A model generated the notes under the pieces. The model was not told the origin of the DNA and ran no database searches. It worked only from the letters and a program-made list of their open reading frames with translations. The position numbers and the translations under genes were made by a program. From assembly GCA_023229865.1 (NCBI GenBank), contig JALNYL010000001.1, positions 23,008-87,007 on the forward strand: a stretch of 64,000 nt of DNA, read 5' to 3'. Position 1 is the first letter of the stretch, and every line of letters starts with the position of its first letter. Below, piece after piece: positions 28,651 through 39,039 of the stretch. This stretch comes from Minisyncoccota bacterium. GTDB lineage: Bacteria; Patescibacteriota; Minisyncoccia; Phycocordibacterales; UBA1550.

Positions 28651-28917
28651 CTAAACTTCTGGGGCGGAACCCCAGCCATAGCAATCCTTGAAAGCTTTTT
28701 GAACTTGGTAGTAGCGACTCTTAACAGCTGGGGACAAACGCTGGTTACCAAAAACACAACGATTTTCCCTGTCTGCTTTGCACAAAAATTCTTCGCGATG
28801 AATTTGATCATAGAGCGCTCGGAACAAAGGTGCAACAGCAGGGTCAGCTTCGGAGAGCTCTTTGATTTTTTTCAGAAAATCTTCGAACTCGAAGTAATTG
28901 AAAAGGACTTTTCCCAT
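28651..28917 (-). CDS. Hypothetical protein
   Basis: SD AAGGAAGG; TTGACA...TATACT promoter about 28950-28978; terminator about 28501-28535. Confidence 0.6.
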   Translation of the reverse strand: MGKVLFNYFEFEDFLKKIKELSEADPAVAPLFRALYDQIHREEFLCKADRENRCVFGNQRLSPAVKSRYYQVQKAFKDCYGWGSAPEV

Positions 28918-28987
28918 GGCACACCTTCCTTTCAAAGGTTATCTAAAGCAAGTATAACACAACCAATATTTTTGTCAATACCAGTGA

Positions 28988-30463
28988 CTACTGGTTCGAC
29001 TCAGGGCGCATCGTAGGGAAAAGCACCACTTCGCGGATATTGCGCGTATTGGTGAGGAGCATTACTACACGGTCGATACCGATACCGACGCCACCTGCTG
29101 GAGGAAGGCCGTATTCGATAGCCTCGAGATAATCTTCGTCTGAGGGAGACACGTCTCCTTCTCCGCCCTTCTTCTTAACATCCTGCTCCTCATAACGAGC
29201 TTTCTGCTCGAGAGGATCATTGAGTTCTGAGAAAGCGTTTACCATCTCAATACCACCGACAACAAGCTGGAAGCGATCGATAAGTGTAGGATCCTTCTCT
29301 TGCTTCTTTGCAAAAGGAGAAAATCCTGCTGGGTAGTCGATAATGAACGTCGGCTGAATCATCTTTGGACGGCAAGTCTTTTTGTAAACGTTGTCCATGA
29401 TCTTCTCGATAGAGTCATGAGGTTCTACACGCACACCCGCACGCTCTGCGGCGAGCTTCCAATCGTCGCGTGACATTGTCTCTGGGCTCTCGAGTCCAGC
29501 ATAACGCTTAAACAAATCGAGGAATGAAGTCACGGTGAACTTCTTTGAGAAATCGATAATGTCGTCTCCTGAAGCAACGAGGGCTTTTTTATTTACATTC
29601 TTCACGAGCGTCTTCATAAGCTTTTCTACGAAAGCCATCTGCGATGCGCATGTCTCGTATGCAGCATAAAACTCGAGCATGGTGAACTCTGGGTTGTGTG
29701 TTGCGTCGATTCCTTCATTGCGGAAATTGCGACCGAGCTCGTATACACGAGGGAAACCACCAACGAGAAGTTTCTTGAGATAAAGCTCAGGAGCAATACG
29801 GAGACTGAGGTCGATATCGAGCGCGTTGTGGTGCGTATTGAAAGGCTCAGCGAGTGCGCCTCCTGCGAGTGACTGAAGAAGTGGAGTTTCTACTTCGAGG
29901 TAATCAGCGGCATTCAAGAACGCACGAATCTCAGTAATGATCTTTGAGCGGAGCTTGAAGCGAGCGCGCACTTCCTCGGACATAATCATGTCCAAGTAGC
30001 GCTTGCGGAAACGCTCTTCAACATCCTGGAGACCGCTCCACATATCAGGAAGCGGACGAAGGCTCTTTGTAAGCATCTTCCAATCCTTGATCTCGAGGGT
30101 GCGCTCCTTACGCTTGGTCATAAAGAGTGTACCCGTACACTCAATAAAGTCACCGATGTCTACCGTGTCTTGGAAAAGCGCAAAAAGCTTTTCGTCCATT
30201 TCATCACGCTTGAGGAATCCCTGAATGGTTGCCTCCTCATCGCGAAGGTTGAAAAACGCGAGCGCGCCCTGACCACGAATAGCCATCACACGACCCACAA
30301 GCGTAATCTTCTTGTGATCTTTTGAAAGCTTGGCAAATGACGCAAGAGCATCCGCAACAGAAAGCGAACGCTTTGTGGCGATCGGATATGCAAGCATTCC
30401 GTTTTCTTTGAGAAGCTCAAGCTTCTTTAGTCGCTCTGCGCGAACTTCTTCGAGTGAAGCCAT
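28988..30463 (-). CDS. lysS: Lysine--tRNA ligase (class II)
   Basis: LRIAPELYLK, FRNEGID, HNPEFT, GIGIDR. Confidence 0.98.
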   Translation of the reverse strand: MASLEEVRAERLKKLELLKENGMLAYPIATKRSLSVADALASFAKLSKDHKKITLVGRVMAIRGQGALAFFNLRDEEATIQGFLKRDEMDEKLFALFQDTVDIGDFIECTGTLFMTKRKERTLEIKDWKMLTKSLRPLPDMWSGLQDVEERFRKRYLDMIMSEEVRARFKLRSKIITEIRAFLNAADYLEVETPLLQSLAGGALAEPFNTHHNALDIDLSLRIAPELYLKKLLVGGFPRVYELGRNFRNEGIDATHNPEFTMLEFYAAYETCASQMAFVEKLMKTLVKNVNKKALVASGDDIIDFSKKFTVTSFLDLFKRYAGLESPETMSRDDWKLAAERAGVRVEPHDSIEKIMDNVYKKTCRPKMIQPTFIIDYPAGFSPFAKKQEKDPTLIDRFQLVVGGIEMVNAFSELNDPLEQKARYEEQDVKKKGGEGDVSPSDEDYLEAIEYGLPPAGGVGIGIDRVVMLLTNTRNIREVVLFPTMRPESNQ

Positions 30464-30474
30464 AAGAATAAGTT

Positions 30475-30575
30475 AAAAGTTTATAAGGTTTTTAAAGTTC
30501 ATAAAGTAATATGAGTATATAAAGTATCAGCATTGCTTCCACTTTTAACTTTATAAACTTTACGAACTTTCAACT
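30475..30575. repeat. Inverted pair of AAAGTT/AACTTT short tandem arrays
   Basis: AAAAGTTTATAAGGTTTTTAAAGTTCATAAAGT ... ACTTTTAACTTTATAAACTTTACGAACTTTCAACT. Confidence 0.55.
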
Positions 30576-30580
30576 AGTTT

Positions 30581-31048
30581 CTATTCAACGTTGACGATGG
30601 TGCAAGAAACCATTCCAAGAGGAGTTTCAAAGGTAACTTTCTCACCTTTGTTCTTACCCATAAGTGCCTCACCGAGAGGAGACTTATTTGAGATCTTTCC
30701 TTCCTTTGTGTTTGCTTCTTCTGAGCCAACAATCTGGTAACGCTTTTCGGTCTTCTCTCCCTGCTTTACGCAAACAACAGTTGAACCAATGTTTACCATT
30801 CCACCCTTAGACTTTTCAGTGATAACGGCGTGCTTGATCATCTGCTCAAGCTTTGAAACACGGTCTTCGGTCTCTGCCTGATTCTGGCGCGCTTCGTGGT
30901 ACTCTGCGTTTTCCGAGAGGTCACCAAGGCCCTTTGCAAACTCAAGCTGTTCCGCAATTTCCTTGCGGCGCACGCTCTTCAAGTAATCTAACTCTTTTGT
31001 TAATTCCTCAAATTTCTCCTTGCTTAAATATTCTTTTTCTTCTGACAT
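30581..31048 (-). CDS. greA: Transcription elongation factor GreA
   Basis: GDLSENAEY, ISNKSPLG. Confidence 0.97.
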   Translation of the reverse strand: MSEEKEYLSKEKFEELTKELDYLKSVRRKEIAEQLEFAKGLGDLSENAEYHEARQNQAETEDRVSKLEQMIKHAVITEKSKGGMVNIGSTVVCVKQGEKTEKRYQIVGSEEANTKEGKISNKSPLGEALMGKNKGEKVTFETPLGMVSCTIVNVE

Positions 31049-31093
31049 ATGAGTGCTATTCTACCTGTTTAAGCGCAGAAAGTCAATTTATCC

Positions 31094-31897
31094 TTATTTT
31101 ACTTGGCTAATTTCGGCTTCAAGGGCTGCAACCTGCTCTTTTGCGAATGCGATGTTTTCTTCTTTGTGAGGGAATAATTCCTTTGCTTCATCTGTATAAA
31201 ACTCATGGTTTGAGAGGAATGCAATCTGCCCCTTCGCCCAAACAAGCTGGTCTTCGACTGACGGGGTGTCGGTGTTTTTGATCTCCTTGAGAAGCGCCTG
31301 TGCAGTAGCCCAATATTGCTCGCTCGGCTGTCCAAGAGCAGAGAGATCGGCATCGGCAATAACCTGCGTAAGATATTCCTCGGTCGCCGATTGCTTCATC
31401 ACGCCTCCTTCAAAAGAGACGGTGGTGGCAAGCTCCATCTTTTCAACTTTTTCAATATCAGAATTACTAAACACTCCCGTCTTCCCCATTTCTTCTCTTG
31501 TCATGCGAGCACTCGTGCGTTCGTTCTCTCCGCTTCCTAAATCTTGTTCGAGGTCGTGGCCTGCGGCAGCGATCTCTGCGAGTTCTACCTCACTCATAAA
31601 AATCTTGCCATGCTTGGCAGCGAGCTCTGCAATCTTTTGAGCAGCCTCGCGAGCGTTTTGTGTGTGAACGAGATTGTGATAGAACTTTGGGTTTTCTCCG
31701 TCGTTCGCCCCTGTGCCATACTTTTTCTCCACAAGAGAAAGCATTTGTTCGACGACCACGCGCACAGCCTCTTTGCGCTCAAGAGTTTCTTCTTTTTTCT
31801 CTGTCTCTGGCTCGTTATCAAATCCAAAGGAAATAATCGACTTCGGGATCTTCCCCCAGAAACCGCTCGCGTCCCCTATTTGTTCCATCTTTCCCAT
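31094..31897 (-). CDS. HD-domain phosphohydrolase
   Basis: YHNLVH...AAAGHD...DADL metal-binding pattern. Confidence 0.8.
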   Translation of the reverse strand: MGKMEQIGDASGFWGKIPKSIISFGFDNEPETEKKEETLERKEAVRVVVEQMLSLVEKKYGTGANDGENPKFYHNLVHTQNAREAAQKIAELAAKHGKIFMSEVELAEIAAAGHDLEQDLGSGENERTSARMTREEMGKTGVFSNSDIEKVEKMELATTVSFEGGVMKQSATEEYLTQVIADADLSALGQPSEQYWATAQALLKEIKNTDTPSVEDQLVWAKGQIAFLSNHEFYTDEAKELFPHKEENIAFAKEQVAALEAEISQVK

Positions 31898-31924
31898 ATT
31901 GTTTTCAGTATACTCTTTTTGTGA

Positions 31925-33667
31925 TTATTTCAAATACTCGGGCGTGTTTTGATACATCCAATCAAAGAGTTGGCGCATCACGTACACACCACCGATCGTG
32001 TTGTCGTGCGGACCACGCTCCATCACCACGGCAAACGCGTAACGAGGTTTTTCATAAGGGAAAAATCCTACAACCCACGAGTTGATGTATTTTTTGCCCG
32101 CGTCGATTTCCGCGGTACCTGTCTTGCCCGCTACGGTCACATAGCCGACACCGAGCCCCGACACTGTCCCCTCGCGCACTGCCTGGCGCATACCCTCACG
32201 CGCGACCTGAAGATACGAAGATGGGATATCGATTTTCGATGTAGCAAAATCTTGGACAGGATCTTTGAGAAGGTGTGGGGTCACAAGAGTGCCGTCGTTT
32301 GCAATTGAAGCAACGCCGCGAACCGCCTGGAGGAGTGTCGACTGGAAACCATACTGACCGATCACCGTGTGATAGGTGTCTCCGAGACGCCAATCCCCGT
32401 CTTCAAACATTTTCTTTTTCCACTCAGGACTCGGAATCGTACCCGCTTTTTCGTCAGTAATATCTATCCCCGTAATAGAACCGAAGCCAAACATACGTGC
32501 GTACTTGCCGATGTTTTCGATGCCGATACCTTTTTGATTTTCAAAACCACCACCGATTTCGTAGAAATATACGTCTGATGAAACCGCGATCGCGCGACGC
32601 ATATCTACCCAGCCATGCGCCTTCCAGTCGTTGAATACTGATTTGATGTTGGGATAATAAGGGTGCTGAATAGAGATGGAGCCGGTACTCAAAATCTGCT
32701 TTTCAGTAGTGATGACCCCTTCTGCAAGACCCGCAATCGCCATAAATGGCTTAATGATAGATCCCGGTGTGTATACTCCCGATACTGCGCGGTCGAGAAA
32801 TACCGCACGCTTGTCGAGGTTATAACTCTGAATGAGCTTTTTATTTTTACCCTCAGAAAGCACGGCGCTCTCGTACTCAGGGTAGCTCGTCATCGCAAGG
32901 AGCTCCCCTGTCTCTATGTCCATAAGCGCTCCTGCTCCTGCCATATAGCCAAAGTCGTTTGCGGTCGCGCGAATGGTTGTGTGGAGTTTCTCCTGTACCC
33001 GCGCATCAATGCCGAGTGTGAGAGCTGCACCATTTTGTGGCTCTTCGACAATACTCCCTTCGCGTGTCTTGCCGAGCGCATCGGTCTCTACAATCTGAAG
33101 ACCATTTTCTCCCGAAAGGAGTTCGTTGTAGTGCTCCTCGATACCGTCCTTGCCGACAAATAATTCTTGATAGTAGCGACCCTTGGTATCGCGCTTTGGA
33201 TAACTCACATACCCAAGTGTGTGCCCAAACCCTGGGGCGGAAATATACGAACGATGCGGAAATGGCATTGCCTCGGTCGTCGTACTCGTCTCAGACATAA
33301 TGAGCGCTATGCGCGCTGCTTCGTCGTCAAAAGAGTTCCATGCGAGTGGGACTTTGTTGCGATCATAGACAACGCCACGCATCGCAAAAAGTGGCTTGTG
33401 ATCGAGGCGATTGTTCTCACTCTTTTTTAAATACTCTTCCCCGTGCACAATCTGAAGACTCGTAATTTTAACAATGAAAATAATTGCGACAATAGAAAAA
33501 GCGGCAAACACTCCCCAGATTGCCCCGCGACTAATCGGCTTTTCGATACGGCCTTCAAACTGATCTCTGTCGAAGCCGGGGAGATTTTTTGAATCGAGAA
33601 AAATCTCGTCGGGATCGATATCGCGCGAGAGTTGTTTTAAAAATTTTGAAGAGACTCGTTTGGACAT
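31925..33667 (-). CDS. mrdA: Penicillin-binding protein 2 (elongation)
   Basis: SIIK, SSD, KTG; downstream of mreBC. Confidence 0.92.
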   Translation of the reverse strand: MSKRVSSKFLKQLSRDIDPDEIFLDSKNLPGFDRDQFEGRIEKPISRGAIWGVFAAFSIVAIIFIVKITSLQIVHGEEYLKKSENNRLDHKPLFAMRGVVYDRNKVPLAWNSFDDEAARIALIMSETSTTTEAMPFPHRSYISAPGFGHTLGYVSYPKRDTKGRYYQELFVGKDGIEEHYNELLSGENGLQIVETDALGKTREGSIVEEPQNGAALTLGIDARVQEKLHTTIRATANDFGYMAGAGALMDIETGELLAMTSYPEYESAVLSEGKNKKLIQSYNLDKRAVFLDRAVSGVYTPGSIIKPFMAIAGLAEGVITTEKQILSTGSISIQHPYYPNIKSVFNDWKAHGWVDMRRAIAVSSDVYFYEIGGGFENQKGIGIENIGKYARMFGFGSITGIDITDEKAGTIPSPEWKKKMFEDGDWRLGDTYHTVIGQYGFQSTLLQAVRGVASIANDGTLVTPHLLKDPVQDFATSKIDIPSSYLQVAREGMRQAVREGTVSGLGVGYVTVAGKTGTAEIDAGKKYINSWVVGFFPYEKPRYAFAVVMERGPHDNTIGGVYVMRQLFDWMYQNTPEYLK

Positions 33668-33675
33668 GACGATTG

Positions 33676-33927
33676 TTAGCGAACAATCTTTTTCATATAA
33701 ACCCCAGCGAAAAAGATTGCGATAGAAACAAGGAAGCCAAGCGCTCCCTTAAAAGAAAGCGTCGGTGCTCCATAAAGAATGTCGACCAAAGCCCCAAGTG
33801 CGATGACTTCATAATACGGCGCAAAACAAAAAGCTCCGACAAGTCCAACAACAACCATCGCCCACCATGGCATATAAAAAACAACACCGAGGAGCACGAG
33901 GGTAAAAATGATACGCTTCTTAGTCAT
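33676..33927 (-). CDS. Small multi-TM protein in the MreD position
   Basis: Entirely hydrophobic; lies between mreC and mrdA. Confidence 0.65.
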   Translation of the reverse strand: MTKKRIIFTLVLLGVVFYMPWWAMVVVGLVGAFCFAPYYEVIALGALVDILYGAPTLSFKGALGFLVSIAIFFAGVYMKKIVR

Positions 33928-33931
33928 ACTA

Positions 33932-34735
33932 TTATGAACGCTTATCCACAATAATCTCTACAGAATGAATCTCTGTGATATTGAATGGGACGCGGAAAAA
34001 TATACGCTTAAAAGGTTCTGCTGGCTTTTCCTCGACGACTGAAATCGTCCCTAAAATAAGATTTCCTTTTGTAGAAACAATAGTGTCCCCGATGGCGACA
34101 AGACTATCCTGAGGAACCTTTGCTTCAAAATTGCCCATACCGCGACCGAGCGCGTTTGCAGGAACATAGTGTGGACCAACAAGAACAGCGCGTTCACTTC
34201 CTGGAGAAGAAAAGAGTTTGATTTTTGAAGAGTTTGAAGATACTTCAATAATCTCACCAATGACTCCCGAGCCTGCATATACCACAACATTACCAAGAAT
34301 GATTCCTTCTTCTGCTCCTGCATCCACCACAACCGTATCGTAGGGAGACTGACCATGATCAACAACCACTTCAGCAACAACACGATCATCGCCTCGCACG
34401 CGACCAAGTGATTCTTCGAGCTTGGTAACTTTTTCTGCAAGGAGATTTCTGTCGAGCACCTGTGCCTCTACGCGCGCGAGCTCAGCAGAAAGCATCGCAT
34501 TCTCGCGAATAAGACGTTCCTTGTCACGAAAATTTGTCGCGAAAGAATTCCACGCATTTGTAGTCGCGCCGCCAAAACCCCAAACGCCCGTGGCGACCAT
34601 GTACACACCTTCGGTGACGGTGCTTCTCGCAGGGGTGTATAAAAGCGCAAAAGCGCTAGCGCCAATAAGGACCGCGAGCGCAATGTTTTTTCGATTTAAA
34701 AAACCGTCGCGAGAATTATTTTGGTGGTATAACAT
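33932..34735 (-). CDS. mreC: Rod shape-determining protein MreC
   Basis: TM, coiled coil, beta-rich VDAGAEEG and GDTIVS; start trimmed. Confidence 0.88.
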   Translation of the reverse strand: MLYHQNNSRDGFLNRKNIALAVLIGASAFALLYTPARSTVTEGVYMVATGVWGFGGATTNAWNSFATNFRDKERLIRENAMLSAELARVEAQVLDRNLLAEKVTKLEESLGRVRGDDRVVAEVVVDHGQSPYDTVVVDAGAEEGIILGNVVVYAGSGVIGEIIEVSSNSSKIKLFSSPGSERAVLVGPHYVPANALGRGMGNFEAKVPQDSLVAIGDTIVSTKGNLILGTISVVEEKPAEPFKRIFFRVPFNITEIHSVEIIVDKRS

Positions 34736-35765
34736 TTTCGTGTTCAATAAGAACCTCCTTGAATCCTTCCATATCTTCGAGAATAGCTCCTGCTCCACGC
34801 GCCACCGCAGTGAGTGGGTCGTTTGAAATATAAACGGGAACATGAAGCGTCTGCGAGAGAAGATCATCGAGACCACGAATGAGAGCACCACCACCCACAA
34901 GGATGATACCGCGGCTCATCACATCAGAGAGAACTTCTGGCGGTGTCGTCTCAATAACTTCTTTCACAGCATCAACAAGACCGACAATCGAACCACTCAT
35001 CGCTTCACGAATATCTGTGTCCGTGACCACCACCTCACGAGGAAGTCCCGTAACCAAATCGCGCCCGCGAATCACTGCTTCCATAGGACTTGCGCCTTTC
35101 TTTGCTGAACCGATAGCGATCTTCACACTCTCCGCGGTGCGCTCCCCCACGAGCACACGAAACTCATCGCGGATGTAGGTGATGATGTCGTTATTGAGAC
35201 GATCTCCCGCAATGTGAAGATTTCTTGAACGGACAATGCCACCAAGGGAAATCACCGCGATGTCAGTTGTTCCACCCCCGATGTCGATAATCATATTGCC
35301 TACAGGGTCCTTTACAGGAAGCTTGATACCGATAGCCGCTGCCATTGGCTCTTCGACAATGTGCACCTCGCGCGCGCCAGCGTTTTTTGCAGCGTCGTAT
35401 ACCGCACGTACTTCTACGTTGGTGATACCAGAAGGAACACCAATGACCACACGTGGACGTACGGTCTTCTTACTGACCTTGTTTGCCTTACTGATGAGGT
35501 ACGAAAGCATTTCTTCGGTCACTTCAAAGTTTGAAATAACACCATCGACGAGCGGGCGGATAGCCACCACGTGCCCTGGAGTACGGCCAAGCATTTGTTT
35601 TGCTTGCGTGCCGAGTGCGACGACTTGCCCTGTCTTTTGGTTTACCGCAACAACAGAAGGCTCGTTGATCACGATGCCGTGATCGCGCAAGTAAACAAGC
35701 GTGTTCGCAGTACCGAGGTCGATACCGATGTCATTAGAAAAAAGTTGGTAGAATTTATCAAACAT
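34716..35765 (-). CDS. mreB: MreB (copy 1)
   Basis: IDLGTANT, EPSVVA, EEPMAAAIG, DIGGGTTD. Confidence 0.97.
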   Translation of the reverse strand: MFDKFYQLFSNDIGIDLGTANTLVYLRDHGIVINEPSVVAVNQKTGQVVALGTQAKQMLGRTPGHVVAIRPLVDGVISNFEVTEEMLSYLISKANKVSKKTVRPRVVIGVPSGITNVEVRAVYDAAKNAGAREVHIVEEPMAAAIGIKLPVKDPVGNMIIDIGGGTTDIAVISLGGIVRSRNLHIAGDRLNNDIITYIRDEFRVLVGERTAESVKIAIGSAKKGASPMEAVIRGRDLVTGLPREVVVTDTDIREAMSGSIVGLVDAVKEVIETTPPEVLSDVMSRGIILVGGGALIRGLDDLLSQTLHVPVYISNDPLTAVARGAGAILEDMEGFKEVLIEHENVIPPK

Positions 35766-35769
35766 ATAA

Positions 35770-37032
35770 TTATTTCACCTTACACTGATTACACTGCTCG
35801 AGGAGCACCGCACGCTCAACCATAAACACTTCCCCTGTCGCACGATTCTTTATTTCAAAAGTCCCCGCCGCGAGAGTCTTTGCGGAAACAACGACACGAA
35901 GAGGAATACCGATGAGATCGCTCTCGGCAAACTTTTCTCCTGGGCGAAGTTCGCGGTCGTCCCAAAGTACCTCAACACCATCTCGCGTAAGTTCATCATA
36001 GAGCTTCTGTGCCTCCTCGCGAACGGTCTTGTCGTCTTTGTTGCCAAGCTCTACGAGGTGCACCGAGAATGGCGCTATCTCAGCAGGCCACACAAGACCA
36101 TTGTCATCACCATACACCTCAACGACCGTACCAAGGACGCGTCCGAGTCCGATGCCGTAGCAACCCATAACCACTGTTTGATCCTTCCCTTCTTCGTCTT
36201 TGTAGGAAAGATTGAATGGCGCAGAGTATTTTGTTTTGAGCTCAAAGATGTTACCCACTTCTACTGACGTCTCAGTACGCAAATCCTTACTCTGACACTG
36301 TGGACAAGCATTTCCTTGGTCCTCAATGATTTCTTTGTTTACGGCGAGATGACACTTGTCACAAATATAAATAAAATCTTCTCCTGCAGAAGTGATAGTC
36401 TGGAACTCGTGTGAGTACTTTGAAAAACTTCCACCTGATGCGTATGTGAGGAACGTTGTCGCCCCAATACCTACGCGTTCAAACACGCGCGTATACACCG
36501 CTTTCATCTTTTCATAAAACGCCACCATGTCTGCCTCATCACGGTGGAACGAGTACATGTCCTTCATAATGAACTCGCGACCACGGAGGATGCCCGACTT
36601 TGCGCGGAGCTCCATGCGGAATTTATTTTGAAACTGATACGTTGAAAAAGGAAGATCGCGATATGAAGAAATGAATTGCTTTGCGAGGGGCACCACAATC
36701 TCTTCATGTGTTGGGCCGAGCGCGTTCTCACGCCCTGATGTGTCAGTTATTTTATAAAGATCATCCATCGTGTCCCAGCGACCCGTCGTCTGCCAGTTTT
36801 CCTTTGGCTGAAGTGATGGCATCAAAATCTCCTGTCCGCCGACAGTGTTCATTTCTTCACGAATGATGTTTTCGATTTTCTTGAGGACACGGAGACCGAG
36901 TGGAAGGTAAGTGTAAACGCCCGCCTGAAGCTTGTCGACAAACCCTGCACGAATAAGGAGTTTCGCGTTCTTTGCTACCTCGTCTGAGGGAGCTTCTTTT
37001 TTGGTTCTGGTGAAGAGTTGGGATTGGCGCAT
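35770..37032 (-). CDS. proS: Proline--tRNA ligase (short form)
   Basis: GPTHEE, REFIMKDMYSF, EVGNIF, MGCYGIG. Confidence 0.97.
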   Translation of the reverse strand: MRQSQLFTRTKKEAPSDEVAKNAKLLIRAGFVDKLQAGVYTYLPLGLRVLKKIENIIREEMNTVGGQEILMPSLQPKENWQTTGRWDTMDDLYKITDTSGRENALGPTHEEIVVPLAKQFISSYRDLPFSTYQFQNKFRMELRAKSGILRGREFIMKDMYSFHRDEADMVAFYEKMKAVYTRVFERVGIGATTFLTYASGGSFSKYSHEFQTITSAGEDFIYICDKCHLAVNKEIIEDQGNACPQCQSKDLRTETSVEVGNIFELKTKYSAPFNLSYKDEEGKDQTVVMGCYGIGLGRVLGTVVEVYGDDNGLVWPAEIAPFSVHLVELGNKDDKTVREEAQKLYDELTRDGVEVLWDDRELRPGEKFAESDLIGIPLRVVVSAKTLAAGTFEIKNRATGEVFMVERAVLLEQCNQCKVK

Positions 37033-37265
37033 GATTGGTTTCTTGTCCTTGTATATTACCTTAAAAATCATAGAGCGCAAAATATAACTGGGTACAATAT
37101 TAGCTCCTCGGCTCAAAACCGAAAAAATGTCAATTTTTTTCGGTTTTTTCGCTCTACGTCGCTAATCGTTTGACTTTTTTCTGTCGATGTCCCATAATTG
37201 TACTAGTTTACAACTCAAGGGCTTCGGCCCTCTTTTTTAATGTTCTTTAGAAAGCGAGGTTCATT

Positions 37266-37751
37266 ATGGAGCACTTCAACGGAGGGACTATCGTCCTCTT
37301 TCTCCTCTTCATTGTCGCTGTTTTCGGTATTGTGTTTTTTGTGAGAAACAAAGACCGCATACCGAGGCCCGACAACTCACCACTCCTCAAAGTAAAGAGA
37401 GAATGGTGCAAGGCATGGGATGGAACCGTGGAGAAACAACAGGCAGAAAAAGAATGGGATGAACTCGGCGCGACAGAGATCAACAAAGCAACAACGCTTT
37501 CTGAACTCTGTAGTACTTGTGAACGCGTATTCTGGTATTCCTATCGCGGAAAATACAAAAAGAGGGAGAGCAAAATACTCCTCAAGGTTTACGAGATAAG
37601 AAAAAAGAGCTCAAAGATAAACTCGGCCAGGAGGACGCTCGGCGAGCGGAAGAATTCCGCAAAAACAGAGATCATCGTCACGCTCCTTACCCGCAGAAAC
37701 TCGAAAAAGGGAAACCGGCTGACAATGAGCCTCGCTTCCCAAAGTTTGTAA
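37266..37751 (+). CDS. Hypothetical protein with N-terminal TM
   Basis: TTGACT...CATAAT promoter, SD GAGGT, terminator about 37790-37820. Confidence 0.65.
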   Translation: MEHFNGGTIVLFLLFIVAVFGIVFFVRNKDRIPRPDNSPLLKVKREWCKAWDGTVEKQQAEKEWDELGATEINKATTLSELCSTCERVFWYSYRGKYKKRESKILLKVYEIRKKSSKINSARRTLGERKNSAKTEIIVTLLTRRNSKKGNRLTMSLASQSL

Positions 37752-37840
37752 GAAAAGAAGTACAGAAGCCGTAATAACCACACAAAATCAAAGCCGCACG
37801 TTACCGTGCGGCTTTTCTTTTACTTTATTTCTTTTGTGCC

Positions 37841-38935
37841 TTACCCCTGAATAATCTTCATCACATCGTGGAATGTCACAAATACCATGAAGAGGATGAG
37901 GACAATGAAGCCGATACCGTTTGCGATGTTGGCGACTTCGGGCTTGATCGGCGAACGTTTAATCGCTTCAATAAGGAGGAAGAAAAGACGGCCTCCGTCG
38001 AGCGCTGGGAATGGGAGCAGGTTGATAATCGCGAGGTTGATCGAGATTATCGCCGTGAGCGAGATGAGGTGCGCAATACCGAGCGCTGATGCATCACTCA
38101 CGATCCCCACAATACCAACAGGTCCTGCGACGTCTTTAAAGTCCGCTTGCCCAATAAAAATATTTTTCAAAAAGTCGACGATACCAACCGCCATTCCTGC
38201 AGTCATTGATGCAGTAGTGAGGACCCCCGCATAAAGCGCTTCGTGAACAGGAAGCGTGAGTGTCCCCACACTATCCATCGAGACACCAATAGCGAGACGC
38301 CCATCTACGATCCCCTCTTTGGGTTCTACGGTAATCGTTTGAATCTTTTTGTCACGGAGATACGCGAGCGTAAACTCTTTATGTCCCGCGATAAACTTCT
38401 GCGTCGATTCTACGCGCGGAGTCTCAAGAACATCAGCTCCGCCATAAAGCGCAACAATAGTATCACCTCCCTTGAGGCCGACTTCTTCCGCGGGCGAACC
38501 AGGGAGAACCTGGGTAATCATCACGATTGGATCTTCTACGCGCGCGCCATACTTAGTATCATCGGCAGAAAACGGAAGTCCGATCATAAAGCCAACACTT
38601 ACAAGAAGCCATGCAAAAAGAAGGTTGAAAATAATACCCGCGCTCATGATCCACGCTTGGATGCCACGATTTTTACTCGTGAGGCTGCGTGACGAGTCCT
38701 TGCCCTTGAGTGATTCTTCGTCAGGGTTTTCGCCAAAGATTTTTACGAAACCACCAACAGGAAATGCGTTGAGTGAATACACCGTCTCCCCGATTTTCTT
38801 TTTCCAAAGTCGTGGGGGGAAACCGAGGCCAAACTCGTCGACCCGCACACCGGCCCGCTTTGCAGCAGTAAAATGCCCAAGCTCATGCACAAGGATGAGC
38901 GCTGCGAGGATTACGATAAATAAGATGATGTCCAT
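37841..38935 (-). CDS. rseP: RIP metalloprotease RseP
   Basis: HELGH, PDZ domain, NLLPFPALDGG. Confidence 0.96.
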   Translation of the reverse strand: MDIILFIVILAALILVHELGHFTAAKRAGVRVDEFGLGFPPRLWKKKIGETVYSLNAFPVGGFVKIFGENPDEESLKGKDSSRSLTSKNRGIQAWIMSAGIIFNLLFAWLLVSVGFMIGLPFSADDTKYGARVEDPIVMITQVLPGSPAEEVGLKGGDTIVALYGGADVLETPRVESTQKFIAGHKEFTLAYLRDKKIQTITVEPKEGIVDGRLAIGVSMDSVGTLTLPVHEALYAGVLTTASMTAGMAVGIVDFLKNIFIGQADFKDVAGPVGIVGIVSDASALGIAHLISLTAIISINLAIINLLPFPALDGGRLFFLLIEAIKRSPIKPEVANIANGIGFIVLILFMVFVTFHDVMKIIQG

Positions 38936-38940
38936 ATGTG

Positions 38941-39036
38941 TAGAATATAGAAGACAGGATTTAGAATTTAGAGTAAGGGAAATTATAACTTAGTACATAT
39001 CTTCCATATTCCAAATTCAATATCCTAAATTCCATC
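38941..39036. repeat. Inverted pair of heptamer tandem arrays
   Basis: TAGAATA TAGAAGA CAGGATT TAGAATT TAGAGTA ... TTCCATA TTCCAAA TTCAATA TCCTAAA. Confidence 0.65.
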
Positions 39037-39039
39037 TCT

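Noticed and set aside
35798-35812. CGAGGAGCACCGCA match to the 49981 repeat
   Set aside because: It lies inside the proS coding sequence and is short enough to be chance
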